Part shown: piece after piece, positions 1 to 9,290 of the stretch
Position numbering within the stretch: the stretch's first letter is position 1
Layout of the letters: every line of letters starts with the position of its first letter
Assembly: GCA_015056315.1 (NCBI GenBank)
Contig: SVGN01000010.1
Span: 1,051-65,050 of the forward strand
Direction of reading: 5' to 3'
DNA: 64,000 nucleotides
From: Clostridiales bacterium
Lineage (GTDB): Bacteria; Bacillota; Clostridia; Christensenellales; Aristaeellaceae
The notes under the pieces: generated by a model
The model's input: only the letters and a program-made list of their open reading frames with translations
The model's database searches: none
Told to the model about the DNA's origin: nothing
Program-made: the position numbers and the translations under genes

Positions 1-1014
1 GGAAATGATACGGTGGATGAGGCCTTCTTCGTAAGCCTTGTTGAAGGCATCCAGACCGTTGGTGAACAGTGCAAAGGTGACGGAAGCATAAATGCGGTTG
101 GCCTTGCGCTTCTTCAGCTCGGTAGCCAGATCCAGAATGCTGTCGCCGGAGGAGAGGATGTCGTCGCTGACGAGCACATCCTTGCCCTCTACATCGTCGC
201 CCAGGTATTCGTGAGCAATGATGGGGTTGCGGCCTTCCACGATGCGGGTATAGTCGCGGCGCTTGTAGAACATACCCATATCGATGCCCAGCACGGAGCT
301 GTAGAAAATATTGCGGTCGATCGCGCCTTCATCGGGGCTGATGATCATCATATGATCGCGGTCGATCTGAAGATCCTGCTCCTTGCGGAACAGGGCCTTG
401 AGGATCTGGTAGGAGGGCTTTACGCTGTCGAAGCCCATCAGGGGCACAGCGTTCTGTACGCGGGGGTCGTGAGCATCAAAGGTGATGAAGTTGGATACGC
501 CCAGCCCCTGCAGCTCCTGCAGTGCCAGTGCGCAGTCCATGCTCTCGCGGGTGGTGCGGCGATGCTGACGGCCTTCGTACAGCATAGGCATGACCACATT
601 GATGCGCTTGGCGCGGCCGCCGATGGCAGCGATCACGCGCTTCAGATCCTGGTAATGATCATCGGGAGACATGGGCACTTCACGGCCGTACATCTTGTAG
701 GTCTTGTTGTAGGCGAAGCAATCGGAGAGGATGTAGATATCGTAACCACGAACACTGCCCTTGAGGACAGCCTTGCCTTCACCGGTGCCAAAACGGGGAA
801 GCATCGCATCGATAAGGAAGTCGGAACGGTTGTAACCCATCAGGGAGTACAGGGGGGTGTTGCCTTCCAGATCGGCCTGCTGCTCGTGCCACTTCATCAG
901 CCAATCGTTGACCTTCTGGCCCAGTTCTTCGCAGCCGGGCATTGCAATGAGCCCCAGAGGCGCATAGGGCTGAGTCAGAAGTTCATTGTTCCAAGTGCTC
1001 ACAAAATCCGTCAT
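1..1014 (-). CDS. prs: Ribose-phosphate pyrophosphokinase (PRPP synthetase family), 3' end runs off the window
   Basis: Hand translation of the minus strand from ATG at 1014 gives MTDFVSTWNNELLTQPYAPLGLIAMPGCEELGQKV...MPMLYEGRQHRR...ITFDAHDPRVQNA...VLVSDDILSSGDSILDLATELKKR. These are Prs-like motifs, including a PRPP-loop-like DDILSSGDS. The frame is open to position 1. The listed + ORF 13..1059 is its antisense shadow. Confidence 0.8.
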   Translation of the reverse strand, partial: MTDFVSTWNNELLTQPYAPLGLIAMPGCEELGQKVNDWLMKWHEQQADLEGNTPLYSLMGYNRSDFLIDAMLPRFGTGEGKAVLKGSVRGYDIYILSDCFAYNKTYKMYGREVPMSPDDHYQDLKRVIAAIGGRAKRINVVMPMLYEGRQHRRTTRESMDCALALQELQGLGVSNFITFDAHDPRVQNAVPLMGFDSVKPSYQILKALFRKEQDLQIDRDHMMIISPDEGAIDRNIFYSSVLGIDMGMFYKRRDYTRIVEGRNPIIAHEYLGDDVEGKDVLVSDDILSSGDSILDLATELKKRKANRIYASVTFALFTNGLDAFNKAYEEGLIHRIIS

Positions 1015-1194
1015 TTTGCATGCTCCTTCTCGGTCGTACAATCAGAGAGACGGGTATAGTATATCGTAAATGATGCAATCTGAAAAGCTACTTTTGCGAA
1101 AATACCAAACATTTTCTCTGCGTTTGTCGATAATGTGCGAACGTTTGCCGTATTGCACATGAAACGGGCATAAACTGCTGCGAGGTGGTCAAAA

Positions 1195-2250
1195 ATGCAC
1201 AGAATGTGGTTGGTTCTGGCAGGGATGCTGCTGGTTTTCTCCCGGGAGGCGATGGAGGCTGCCCAAAAAGCGGCCCACATATACGTTACCGCCGTGCTGC
1301 CGGCCCTGTTCCCCATGATGGTGCTGGGTGGGCTGGCAGGGCGAAGCGATGGGCAGCAGCGGGGCCGGGGGCTGTTTCTGGTGCTGTTCGGCTTTTGTGC
1401 AGGCTCGCCGGCAGCCGCACGGCAGACGGCGCTGCTGCACGAATGTTCGCCTTTCGGTTCCAAACAGCTGAAGCCCCTGCTGTGCATGTGCGGCGTGATG
1501 AGCCCCATGTTCTTTACCGGCTCGCTGGCCTCCAGGCTGGGCAGCAAAGCGGGCTTTCTCATGCTGCTTGCCCACTGGGCCGGGGCGCTCGGCACAGGTG
1601 CTCTCTGCCGCCTATGGCTGGCCAGGCCCCGGCCCGCCAAAAGCCACCACCCGGCTCCGCCGCAAGCGGGGCAGGCCCCAGCCGCACAGATCACCCCATC
1701 GCCAAAGCCACAGCAGCAACCTCTGACCGGGCTGCTGGCCCAGAGCATCTCGTCTGCTGCCGGTGCGCTGCTGTCGGTACTGGGGGCTATGATGCTCTTC
1801 AGCATACTGGCCGCCCTCCCCCATGCGCTCCTCCGCCGCTTCTGCCCCGCCCTGACAGAGGCAGCGCGGCCTGCGCTTGCGCTGGTGCAGGGGCTGCTGG
1901 AGGTGGGCAGCGGCTGCTTTGCCCTGCTGGAAAGCGGTGCGCCGCCCTGGCTGCTGTGTGCGCTGTGCAGCTTCGGCGGGCTGAGCATCTGGCTGCAGAA
2001 CCTGCTGTTTCTCGGCAAAATGATACGCCCCGCAGAGCTGCTGTGCTGGCGCACGCTCCACGGGGGCATAAGCGGTGTATTCTGTTATGGGCTGCTGCGG
2101 CTCTTGCCTGCAGCAGAGACCGCAGGGGCGTGGCAAGCCGCATCGGCGGCAGGCTCCCCATCGCTTTGGGTCATTCTGCTGCTTATTCCGCTTGCTTTGC
2201 CCCATCTGTGGGCTTGCGGAAGATCCAGAACTTGCTGGCCACATAGTTGA
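1195..2250 (+). CDS. Polytopic membrane protein, YlbJ-like / nucleoside-recognition (Gate) domain family (tentative)
   Basis: The 351-aa ORF is hydrophobic throughout. The N-terminus (AAQKAAHIYVTAVLPALFPMMVLGGL) resembles the YlbJ family. Three overlapping ORFs in other frames look like shadows. The 3' end overlaps the convergent GtrA gene by 68 bp. Confidence 0.45.
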   Translation: MHRMWLVLAGMLLVFSREAMEAAQKAAHIYVTAVLPALFPMMVLGGLAGRSDGQQRGRGLFLVLFGFCAGSPAAARQTALLHECSPFGSKQLKPLLCMCGVMSPMFFTGSLASRLGSKAGFLMLLAHWAGALGTGALCRLWLARPRPAKSHHPAPPQAGQAPAAQITPSPKPQQQPLTGLLAQSISSAAGALLSVLGAMMLFSILAALPHALLRRFCPALTEAARPALALVQGLLEVGSGCFALLESGAPPWLLCALCSFGGLSIWLQNLLFLGKMIRPAELLCWRTLHGGISGVFCYGLLRLLPAAETAGAWQAASAAGSPSLWVILLLIPLALPHLWACGRSRTCWPHS

Positions 2251-2701
2251 AGACCATTACAAACACCAGCACGATGAGGCGGTTGGCCACATTGGTCACG
2301 CCCATCAGCTTGAGCAGGTGCATCAGGCCCTGTTCAAAGAGCAGAAAGCTGATGATGCGGCTGCCCGCAAACTGCACCAGCTCCATCAGGATCCTGCCGG
2401 TTGTGGCCTTACCGGCCTGAAACACCATCCAGCGGTTGATCCAGAAGGCGAACAGCACCGAGATGATCCAGCTGACGGTGGAAGCGACAGTCAGCTGCAT
2501 GGGGGTGGCCCGGTTGATGGCATCCACCACCCAGGCGATCAGGCTGCCGCCGATAAAGGTCTCCTTCTCCACCATCAGGAAGCACAGCCCGTAATGGATC
2601 ACCATGCTGAGCAGGGTGGTCAGGCCGCCGGCGATCACATACCGCAGCAGCTCCGCCTGCTTGGGATGGGCCTCCAGATAGGCTCCGATCTTCTTGAACA
2701 C
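2183..2701 (-). CDS. GtrA family membrane protein (polyisoprenol-sugar flippase-like)
   Basis: 172 aa, 4 predicted TM segments, and a typical GtrA N-terminus (LLRYVIAGGLTTLLSMVIHYGL...NRWMVF...FNYVASKFWIF). RBS AAGGAGGA lies upstream. Confidence 0.8.
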   Translation of the reverse strand: MFKKIGAYLEAHPKQAELLRYVIAGGLTTLLSMVIHYGLCFLMVEKETFIGGSLIAWVVDAINRATPMQLTVASTVSWIISVLFAFWINRWMVFQAGKATTGRILMELVQFAGSRIISFLLFEQGLMHLLKLMGVTNVANRLIVLVFVMVFNYVASKFWIFRKPTDGAKQAE

Positions 2702-2715
2702 GTTTCGTTTCCTCC

Positions 2716-2931
2716 TTATTCCTCGCCGTGGTCGCCCCGGGCATAATCGCAGCTGAGGATATCCTCCAAAGGAATACTGCGGGGCCTCTTGCCGGAGCCC
2801 ACCAGTGCGGTGATCTCCGTGCCGCTTTCCTCCAGCACCAGCAGGGTGCGCTGCACCATCTGCCCGTCCAGCATCAGCACCGCGCGGATCTTGCGCCCGT
2901 GCTCCAGCGAGTATTGCAAAAAGCGCTTCAT
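2716..2931 (-). CDS. Small hypothetical protein (71 aa), translationally coupled to the upstream GT-C-like gene
   Basis: ATGA start/stop overlap with the 2928..4985 gene. It lies 14 nt upstream of GtrA. No family recognised. Confidence 0.45.
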   Translation of the reverse strand: MKRFLQYSLEHGRKIRAVLMLDGQMVQRTLLVLEESGTEITALVGSGKRPRSIPLEDILSCDYARGDHGEE

Positions 2932-4985
2932 TGCTTCATTTCCTCCGGCACCTGAAAGATGCGGTGCTCCCGGCCCTGGCTCTCATATACCACCGGAAAC
3001 AGCTCCTCCAGCGCATTCTCATTGAGGGTGAACCAGTTGGCGTTGCGCTCGTAGGAGCTGATGTAGATATAGTCCACATCGTATTTTTCCAGCAGCCACA
3101 GGTTCTCCGCCGGGTCCTCGTAGAAGGCGGCGATCTCGTAGCGGCGGCCGGAGGTATCAAAGCCGTGGTAGTACAGGTAGCTGTCGGTGGAGCAAAGAAT
3201 GGTGCGGCCTGCCAGCGAGCTGACCGGGTTGAGGTGCTGGTTGCCGGTGACGAACACGCTGTGCTCCGGGGTGTTCTCCCGGATGTATTCGCCCACGGCC
3301 ACATCCTTGGCACTGTAGGCCTGGTAATCGCTGCGGCATTCCCGGATCACCGTGAGCCCGGCAGAGAGGAAGCATACCACAAGGAACAGAGCGGCGATCA
3401 CCCTGCGGCCTGCCAGACCGCTGAGGCGCTCGTACAGTTCCATGGCATAATCGGCAGCCATGGGCAGGCACAGCAGGAACCATACATAGAACAGCTTGTT
3501 GTTATCGTACTCGTTGGGCTGGAAGATGATCAGCTCCGCAATGAGGTAGATCAGGAATGCACCGCTGGCGATGAGCCGGTTCTGGCGTACATCGTCAGGC
3601 ATGGGCGCATCCTTGGGCTTACGCTTCAGCAGCGCCAGCAGGATGAGCAGATAGGGCGCACCGATGTTCTTGATGTAGAACCACAGGTAGGGATCCACAA
3701 GCCCGTACCCGCCACGGTTGTTGCACCAGTTGAACTGGAAGCGTAAAAAATGCTTGCTCTCCGTGGCCTGCACAAAGGTGAAGCCAAACAGCTGGGGCAG
3801 CGACAGCGCCGCCGCCGTGGCACCGAAGATGAGCCAGGGCAGGAAGGCCCGCAGCGCAGGGCTCTTCACCTTGCCCGCAAAGGGCAGGAAGGGGGCCTCT
3901 TCCTCACAGAGGGCGTACACATCATCCCGATGGGCGGTGCAGACGCAATAGATGCACGCCCCCAGAGAGGTGATCGCCAGCGCCAGAAAGCTGTGGGTGT
4001 GCAGCAGCGGCATGCCGCCCGCCATGGTGCCCAGCAGCAGCATCTCCCGCAGGGTGTGGCGCTGCTTCTTGCACAGCGGGGGCAGCAGCAGGTTGAGGCA
4101 GGGCATCAGCATGGTCCAGCCACCCAGAATGCCCCGCTGAGGAATGAGCATATCGCAGATGATGTTCACCCAGCGCAGGTTGTTGGGGTCGGGCTGGTTG
4201 GTGGGGGTCTGGTAGTAGCCGTTGAACACATTGCTCAGGTTGGCCCAGAGAGTGGTCACCTGGCCGTTTTCCACACGGCCGCTGAGGGTGTAGAAAAAGC
4301 CCAGACCGCCGTTCAGAAACAGCAGGAAGAAGGCCAGGAAGCGGGCACCCCGCTTACGGCACAGTTGGGAGACCAGCAGGCCGTAGCCCATGTAGACAAG
4401 AGTCATCATCACGGTGCCGGTAAAGGCCATGGCCGTGGGCAGCGACATGCCCAGCATATACATGCTGGTGGCAAAGCTGTCCGCCAGGTAGGGGTAGGCC
4501 ATGGTGGCACCCAGCATCAGGCTGTTTTCCAGCGGGAAGGCGGCGTTGACGATGCTGGTGGTCACCGCCAGGTGCAGAGACAGGTCGCCGTAGGTGCTCT
4601 GGCCCACATGGTACGCCCCCGTGGCCGTAGGCCGGATGGAATGGGTGTACTGCAAAAAGCCGCCGAGGATCGCCAGCGGCACCACCATCCAGAGCAGATC
4701 CAACGCAAGACGCTCTTCCTTTGCATCGAAGGGACGGGCGGGGCGCTTCTCCCGAAGGAGCCAGGCAAGGGCGCACAGCACCAGCAGCGTGGCGGCGGAG
4801 AGCCAGTGCGCCGCATAGCTGAAGCGCACCGCATGGGCCCAGAGGGCGGGCAGCCACATCAGCATCAGCACACCGAAGGACATACCCACATACAGCTGCA
4901 CCAGCGGTCTGCGGCCCGGCAGCAGCATGCGGGCGATGAATGCGCCGCCCGCAAAGAACAAAAGCAAAAACAAAATACCCAACAA
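2928..4985 (-). CDS. Large integral membrane protein, probable GT-C fold glycosyltransferase (PMT_2/ArnT/YfhO-like)
   Basis: 685 aa with about 12 N-terminal TM segments followed by a soluble C-terminal domain. Operon context with GtrA and pgsA. The family assignment rests on architecture only. Confidence 0.5.
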   Translation of the reverse strand: MLGILFLLLFFAGGAFIARMLLPGRRPLVQLYVGMSFGVLMLMWLPALWAHAVRFSYAAHWLSAATLLVLCALAWLLREKRPARPFDAKEERLALDLLWMVVPLAILGGFLQYTHSIRPTATGAYHVGQSTYGDLSLHLAVTTSIVNAAFPLENSLMLGATMAYPYLADSFATSMYMLGMSLPTAMAFTGTVMMTLVYMGYGLLVSQLCRKRGARFLAFFLLFLNGGLGFFYTLSGRVENGQVTTLWANLSNVFNGYYQTPTNQPDPNNLRWVNIICDMLIPQRGILGGWTMLMPCLNLLLPPLCKKQRHTLREMLLLGTMAGGMPLLHTHSFLALAITSLGACIYCVCTAHRDDVYALCEEEAPFLPFAGKVKSPALRAFLPWLIFGATAAALSLPQLFGFTFVQATESKHFLRFQFNWCNNRGGYGLVDPYLWFYIKNIGAPYLLILLALLKRKPKDAPMPDDVRQNRLIASGAFLIYLIAELIIFQPNEYDNNKLFYVWFLLCLPMAADYAMELYERLSGLAGRRVIAALFLVVCFLSAGLTVIRECRSDYQAYSAKDVAVGEYIRENTPEHSVFVTGNQHLNPVSSLAGRTILCSTDSYLYYHGFDTSGRRYEIAAFYEDPAENLWLLEKYDVDYIYISSYERNANWFTLNENALEELFPVVYESQGREHRIFQVPEEMKQ

Positions 4986-5021
4986 AGCAAAGCCCTCCTG
5001 TTACGGCTGCATGGTTGCCCC

Positions 5022-6272
5022 TTATACCGACAGCATGGAGCGGAAAAACTGCACCGCTGTCTGCAAAATACCGTCTGTAATGGTGCAGCGCCCCTCCAGT
5101 GCCTCGTCGCCGGTCACCATAAAGGGCGAAAAACGGTAGACCCTGCCGCCCGGCAGGTCGTAGAAGCGGGCATCGGTCACCTGCGGGCAAAGGCAGGGCA
5201 CAATGGCCGTGTGCTCGAACTGGATCTCGATGGCGGTCTCCAGCGCATCCAGCGCCTCGCCCGCTCCATCGCTTTCGGTGCCGTGGGCGTAGTTGTTCTC
5301 CACCGTCATGGCAAGGCCGTGGCGCTTGCAATAGCGCTCCAACCCCTCCAGCGAGGCAGCCGCACCCGGCACCAGCAGCCGCCTCAGCCGCAGCACGGCC
5401 TCTTTGGCGGGCTCATCCCGGCTGCCGGAGGCCTCCACCGAGGCCACCATCTGCCGGGAGACGAAGAATTGCTGCATCACTGAACGGTTGCGCCATTTGA
5501 GCCGGAGCAGCGGAAAAGCGATGCCCGGGTTTCTCAGCAGCAGCGAATACAGCCCGGAGGCATGGCTGCCCAGCTTTTTGAGCATCCGGCTGCTGGCGTT
5601 GCAGAGCCCGGTGCGCAGCGGGTGCTGCTTCAGCTGGGCCGCCAGACGGAACAGGGCGCACATGCCCAGCCTGTCCCGGGCGGTAAGGGTAACATCCTGC
5701 ATGGTTTTTTCATCGATGCCCACCAACGCCAGCGCAGCGCCCTTGGGCAGAAAGTTGCGGAAGGCATCCATCGTTACATAGCCGCCAAAATCCAGCACAT
5801 AGCAGGGGGTAACGCCCCTTGCCCTCAGGTGGGCGGCCATGCTTTGGGCACCCCTGCCGCCGCTGAGGCCATCCATGCTCAGGGCAAGGATCAGGTCGCC
5901 GCCGGGACAGTAGCCATCCCGCAGCAGCTCCTCCAGCGCCTCCAGCAGCGCTACCACATGGGCGCGGCTCAAGGGCACATGCAGCGGCATCTGCTCCGAT
6001 TGCCAGCCCGGCTCGCCATGCTGGCCCTCGGGCACATCCAGCCGGGCGGTGAACACCAGCGGATCGGTCACGCTGGCACCCCGCAGCTCCAAAAGCACCG
6101 CACCCCGCTCAAAGGTCTGCTGCTCCGCACGGGAAAAGACCAGCGGGTAGCATTCCCGGAGCACCTCCAGCGCAGCGGCTGCCCCCTCCGGGGTATAGCC
6201 GGTGTAGGCATCCAGCCGGTGCAGGGCCTCCCGGGCACGGCTGTAGTTGAGGGGAGCCAGATATTCGGTCAT
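5022..6272 (-). CDS. M20/M25/M40 peptidase-like protein, apparently with degenerate metal-binding motifs
   Basis: 416 aa. The layout resembles M20 metallohydrolases, but where active enzymes carry DEE.GG and DEGG motifs this protein has SMDGLSGGRGA and LDFGG. Confidence 0.45.
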   Translation of the reverse strand: MTEYLAPLNYSRAREALHRLDAYTGYTPEGAAAALEVLRECYPLVFSRAEQQTFERGAVLLELRGASVTDPLVFTARLDVPEGQHGEPGWQSEQMPLHVPLSRAHVVALLEALEELLRDGYCPGGDLILALSMDGLSGGRGAQSMAAHLRARGVTPCYVLDFGGYVTMDAFRNFLPKGAALALVGIDEKTMQDVTLTARDRLGMCALFRLAAQLKQHPLRTGLCNASSRMLKKLGSHASGLYSLLLRNPGIAFPLLRLKWRNRSVMQQFFVSRQMVASVEASGSRDEPAKEAVLRLRRLLVPGAAASLEGLERYCKRHGLAMTVENNYAHGTESDGAGEALDALETAIEIQFEHTAIVPCLCPQVTDARFYDLPGGRVYRFSPFMVTGDEALEGRCTITDGILQTAVQFFRSMLSV

Positions 6273-6296
6273 GGCGGTTTCCTTTCCCGGGCTTGC

Positions 6297-6899
6297 TCAG
6301 CGGGGCTGGGCAGCCTCGTATTCCTTCAGCTTCTGCAGGCTGTCTCGGGTGTAAAAGACCATGGCATACAGCGCGATGGCCACCGCCAGCCAGATGATGA
6401 TCACATCGATGCCGACGGGCAGCCAGGGCAGCGCCTCTGCCAGCTGATCGTGGAAGTAGCTGAGCACCAGGCCCAGAATGAAGGCGCAGTGGGCTACCTT
6501 GCCGGACATCTGGCTGTGCACCACCAGGCCGCGCTTCAAGAGCCGGTAGCTGCCGTACATCAGGTAGGCCTCCTTGGCAAAGAGCACCAGCACCGCCGCC
6601 AGCGGGATCACCCCGGGAATGTGGCGGTTGCCAAACACCATGGAGAACATGGCGGTAAGCACCATCACCTTATCGGCAAGGGGATCCATCAGCTTGCCGA
6701 AATCGGTGATCAGGTTATACTTGCGGGCAATGTAGCCATCCAGCAGATCGGTAAAGCTGGCCACCATAAAGGTAAGCAGCGCCGCGTACTTGCGCCCCTT
6801 AACAAACAGCACCACGTACACCGGCACCAGCAGCAGGCGCAGCAGCGTGAGGGCATTGGGAACATTGGCATTCTTTTTGATATATTCACGTGCGGTCAA
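6297..6899 (-). CDS. pgsA: CDP-diacylglycerol--glycerol-3-phosphate 3-phosphatidyltransferase
   Basis: CDP-alcohol phosphotransferase motif DLLDGYIARKYNLITDFGKLMDPLADK. Probable TTG start at 6899 preceded by AAGGAGG. The listed 893-aa ORF 6297..8978 is this gene plus an antisense extension over the GH13 gene. Confidence 0.85.
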   Translation of the reverse strand: MTAREYIKKNANVPNALTLLRLLLVPVYVVLFVKGRKYAALLTFMVASFTDLLDGYIARKYNLITDFGKLMDPLADKVMVLTAMFSMVFGNRHIPGVIPLAAVLVLFAKEAYLMYGSYRLLKRGLVVHSQMSGKVAHCAFILGLVLSYFHDQLAEALPWLPVGIDVIIIWLAVAIALYAMVFYTRDSLQKLKEYEAAQPR

Positions 6900-7133
6900 G
6901 GTAAAGGCCTCCTTAGTTATGGGAGCCGGGCAGGCCGTACCGGCGGTGCAAAAGGCCGCAGCAGCAACATTACCTGCAAGGCTACCTTTTATTATAGCAT
7001 TTCCATAAATGGCACGCAAGGTATACCTTTTTGCATCGGTCGGGAATTGCGCCAAAGCCTGCTTCGTGGTATGATAGGCGGGATAACAAAAGAAAAAATG
7101 GAAAGCAAGTTCCATCGATCGGAGGAAGAACCA

Positions 7134-8918
7134 ATGCTGCACCACGACTCTCATCTTCTGCGCTACCGTGAGCCGCTGGGCCCCATTCCCGCAGGCGGAA
7201 AGGTGAGCATCCGCTTTCTGTGCAACGAGAGCAGCTCCGTCACCCTGCGTACCTGGGATGGCAGTGAACACCTGTACCCCATGAAGCCCCTGGGGGAGCA
7301 CCTCTTCGAGGCTGCCGTTACCATGCCGGAAGTGCCCATGCTTTTCTGGTATTATTTCATCATTCACGGCAAGGATGGCGATCTGTACTACGGCAACTCC
7401 GGCGATCAGCTGGGCGGCGAGGGCTTTCCCTGCTCCTGGGAGCCTGCCAGCTACCAAATCACCGTTTACGACCCGGCGTACCGCACACCGGAATACATCC
7501 GCCACGGTGTGGTATACCAGATCTTCCCCGACCGTTTCCACAAGGATGCAAACGGCATCGCCGGGCGGGAGGAGCAGGTAAAGAAGGCGCACCCGGAGGC
7601 CGCCTTCCACGCCGAATGGCAGGAGCGCCCCACGCTGGATCTGGATCCCGAGACTGGCGACAACCGCGCCCTGGACTTCTTTGGCGGCACGCTGAAGGGC
7701 ATCGTGGAAAAGCTGGATCATTTGCAGAAGCTGGGCATCACCATCCTGTACATCAACCCCATGTTCCGGGCCCGCACCAACCACCGATACGATACCGGCA
7801 GCTATGAGGAGATCGACCCCATTCTGGGCAGCGAGCAGGATTTCGACCTGCTGATCGCCGAGGCGGAGAAGCGGGGCATGCGCGTGATGCTGGACGGCGT
7901 TTTCAGCCACACCGGCTCCGACAGTAAATACTTTAACCGTTTTGGCCGCTACGATACCCTCGGTGCCTACCAGAGCCAGGGTTCCCCCTACTACCCCTGG
8001 TACAGCTTTGAAGAGTTCCCCCACCGCTACCGCACCTGGTGGGGCTTCCAGACCCTGCCCACCGTCAACAAGGATCACCCCGCCTACCGCAAGTATCTGC
8101 TGGATGCAGAAAGCGGCATCCTGCCCCGCTGGGTGCGCAGGGGTGCCTGCGGCTGGCGGCTGGATGTAGCCGACGAGCTGCCCATGACCATGCTCCGGGA
8201 GATGCGCACCGCCATCCGCTCTGTGCGTGAGGATGCGGTGCTGCTGGGCGAGGTGTGGGAGGATGCCAGCAACAAGGTGGCCTACAATCAGCAGCGCTGC
8301 TATTGCCTTGGCGATACGCTGGACAGCGTGATGAACTACCCCCTGCGCCGTGCCGTGATCGATTTCTTTACCGGCGTTTGCGATGCCCACCACCTGCGCC
8401 GGGTGATCCTGCACCAGCAGGAGGTATACCCCGCCCCCTTCTTCTACTCCCTGATGAACCTGCTGGGCAGCCACGACCGTGTACGCATCCTCAATGCCAT
8501 GGCGGGGCTGGATCGGGAGGGTGCTGCCCAGATGGACCGCACCGAGGCCAGCAGGATCTATCTGGATAAGGAGACCCGCGCCAGCGCACAGAAAAAGGTG
8601 CTGGAGGCCATCCGGCTGCTGTGCGCCCTGCCCGGCGCCCCCACCATCTACTACGGCGACGAGATCGGCATGCAGGGCATGGCTGACCCGTGGAACCGCG
8701 CCCCCATGGATTGGGCCCACGCCGATACCGCCGTGCAGGAGGCCGTCAGCGCTATGCTGAACCGCCGCCTGAATACCCCCATGCTGCAGACCGGCTGGCT
8801 GAGCGTGGAAGCCGACGGCCCCGATGCCCTCATCATCAAGCGCTATGCCGTGGAGGGCAAGGATGTTTTCGGCCAGCCCCTCAAGGGCGACGAGATCTTT
8901 GTAAGGATCAGCCGGTAA
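7134..8918 (+). CDS. GH13 alpha-amylase family enzyme (neopullulanase/cyclomaltodextrinase/maltogenic-amylase type), no signal peptide
   Basis: Motifs YQIFPDRF, GGTLKGIVEKLDHLQKLGITILYINP, DGVFSHTG, WRLDVADEL, LLGEVWED and LLGSHDRVR, so all three catalytic acidic residues are present. ATG at 7134 is preceded by GGAGGA. An alternative ATG lies at 7098. Confidence 0.85.
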   Translation: MLHHDSHLLRYREPLGPIPAGGKVSIRFLCNESSSVTLRTWDGSEHLYPMKPLGEHLFEAAVTMPEVPMLFWYYFIIHGKDGDLYYGNSGDQLGGEGFPCSWEPASYQITVYDPAYRTPEYIRHGVVYQIFPDRFHKDANGIAGREEQVKKAHPEAAFHAEWQERPTLDLDPETGDNRALDFFGGTLKGIVEKLDHLQKLGITILYINPMFRARTNHRYDTGSYEEIDPILGSEQDFDLLIAEAEKRGMRVMLDGVFSHTGSDSKYFNRFGRYDTLGAYQSQGSPYYPWYSFEEFPHRYRTWWGFQTLPTVNKDHPAYRKYLLDAESGILPRWVRRGACGWRLDVADELPMTMLREMRTAIRSVREDAVLLGEVWEDASNKVAYNQQRCYCLGDTLDSVMNYPLRRAVIDFFTGVCDAHHLRRVILHQQEVYPAPFFYSLMNLLGSHDRVRILNAMAGLDREGAAQMDRTEASRIYLDKETRASAQKKVLEAIRLLCALPGAPTIYYGDEIGMQGMADPWNRAPMDWAHADTAVQEAVSAMLNRRLNTPMLQTGWLSVEADGPDALIIKRYAVEGKDVFGQPLKGDEIFVRISR

Positions 8919-8919
8919 C

Positions 8920-9253
8920 GGAGGGGGAGGCGGCGGGGCGCTGCCCCGCACCCCGGCAGGAGGTAGTGCCTCCTGCACCTCCGCATCGTGCCGTTACACG
9001 GCACGAAATGGGTATGATCGTTTCGGGGCAGAGCGACGCAGGCGGGCAGACCGGGCTTCTTTGGCTGCATCGATGGTTTCGGCTGCCGCCAAGGTTTTCT
9101 CTGCCCCGTCGCTCCAACCATCCTTTACCCCATTTCCCCACCCACCCGACCAAGCGCCACCCCTTTGCTCCGTGAAACGGAGCAATGAGCGGGTGCAGGG
9201 GGACTTTCCCCCTGCCGGGGTGTGGGGCAGCGCCCCACCGTCCCCCCGCCCTC
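8920..9253. repeat. Inverted pair of a GC-rich intergenic repeat (arms about 8920-8982 and 9191-9253) flanking about 210 bp
   Basis: The reverse complement of ggggcgctgccccgcaccccggcagg (first arm) matches cctgccggggtgtggggcagcgcccc (second arm) with one mismatch. Each arm also contains a gcagg..N..cctgc hairpin. Confidence 0.75.
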
Positions 9254-9290
9254 GCCCCCCACACACTACAGAAAGGGAGGAAAATTGCAT

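Noticed and set aside
5562-8978. Very long ORFs (1118 aa on +, 893 aa on -) spanning the M20-like/pgsA/GH13 region
   Set aside because: Each is a real gene (GH13 from 7134 on +, pgsA 6297-6899 on -) extended through the antisense strand of its neighbour. The extensions have Ala/Gly/Arg/Pro-rich, low-complexity translations typical of high-GC shadow frames and lack RBS-supported starts.
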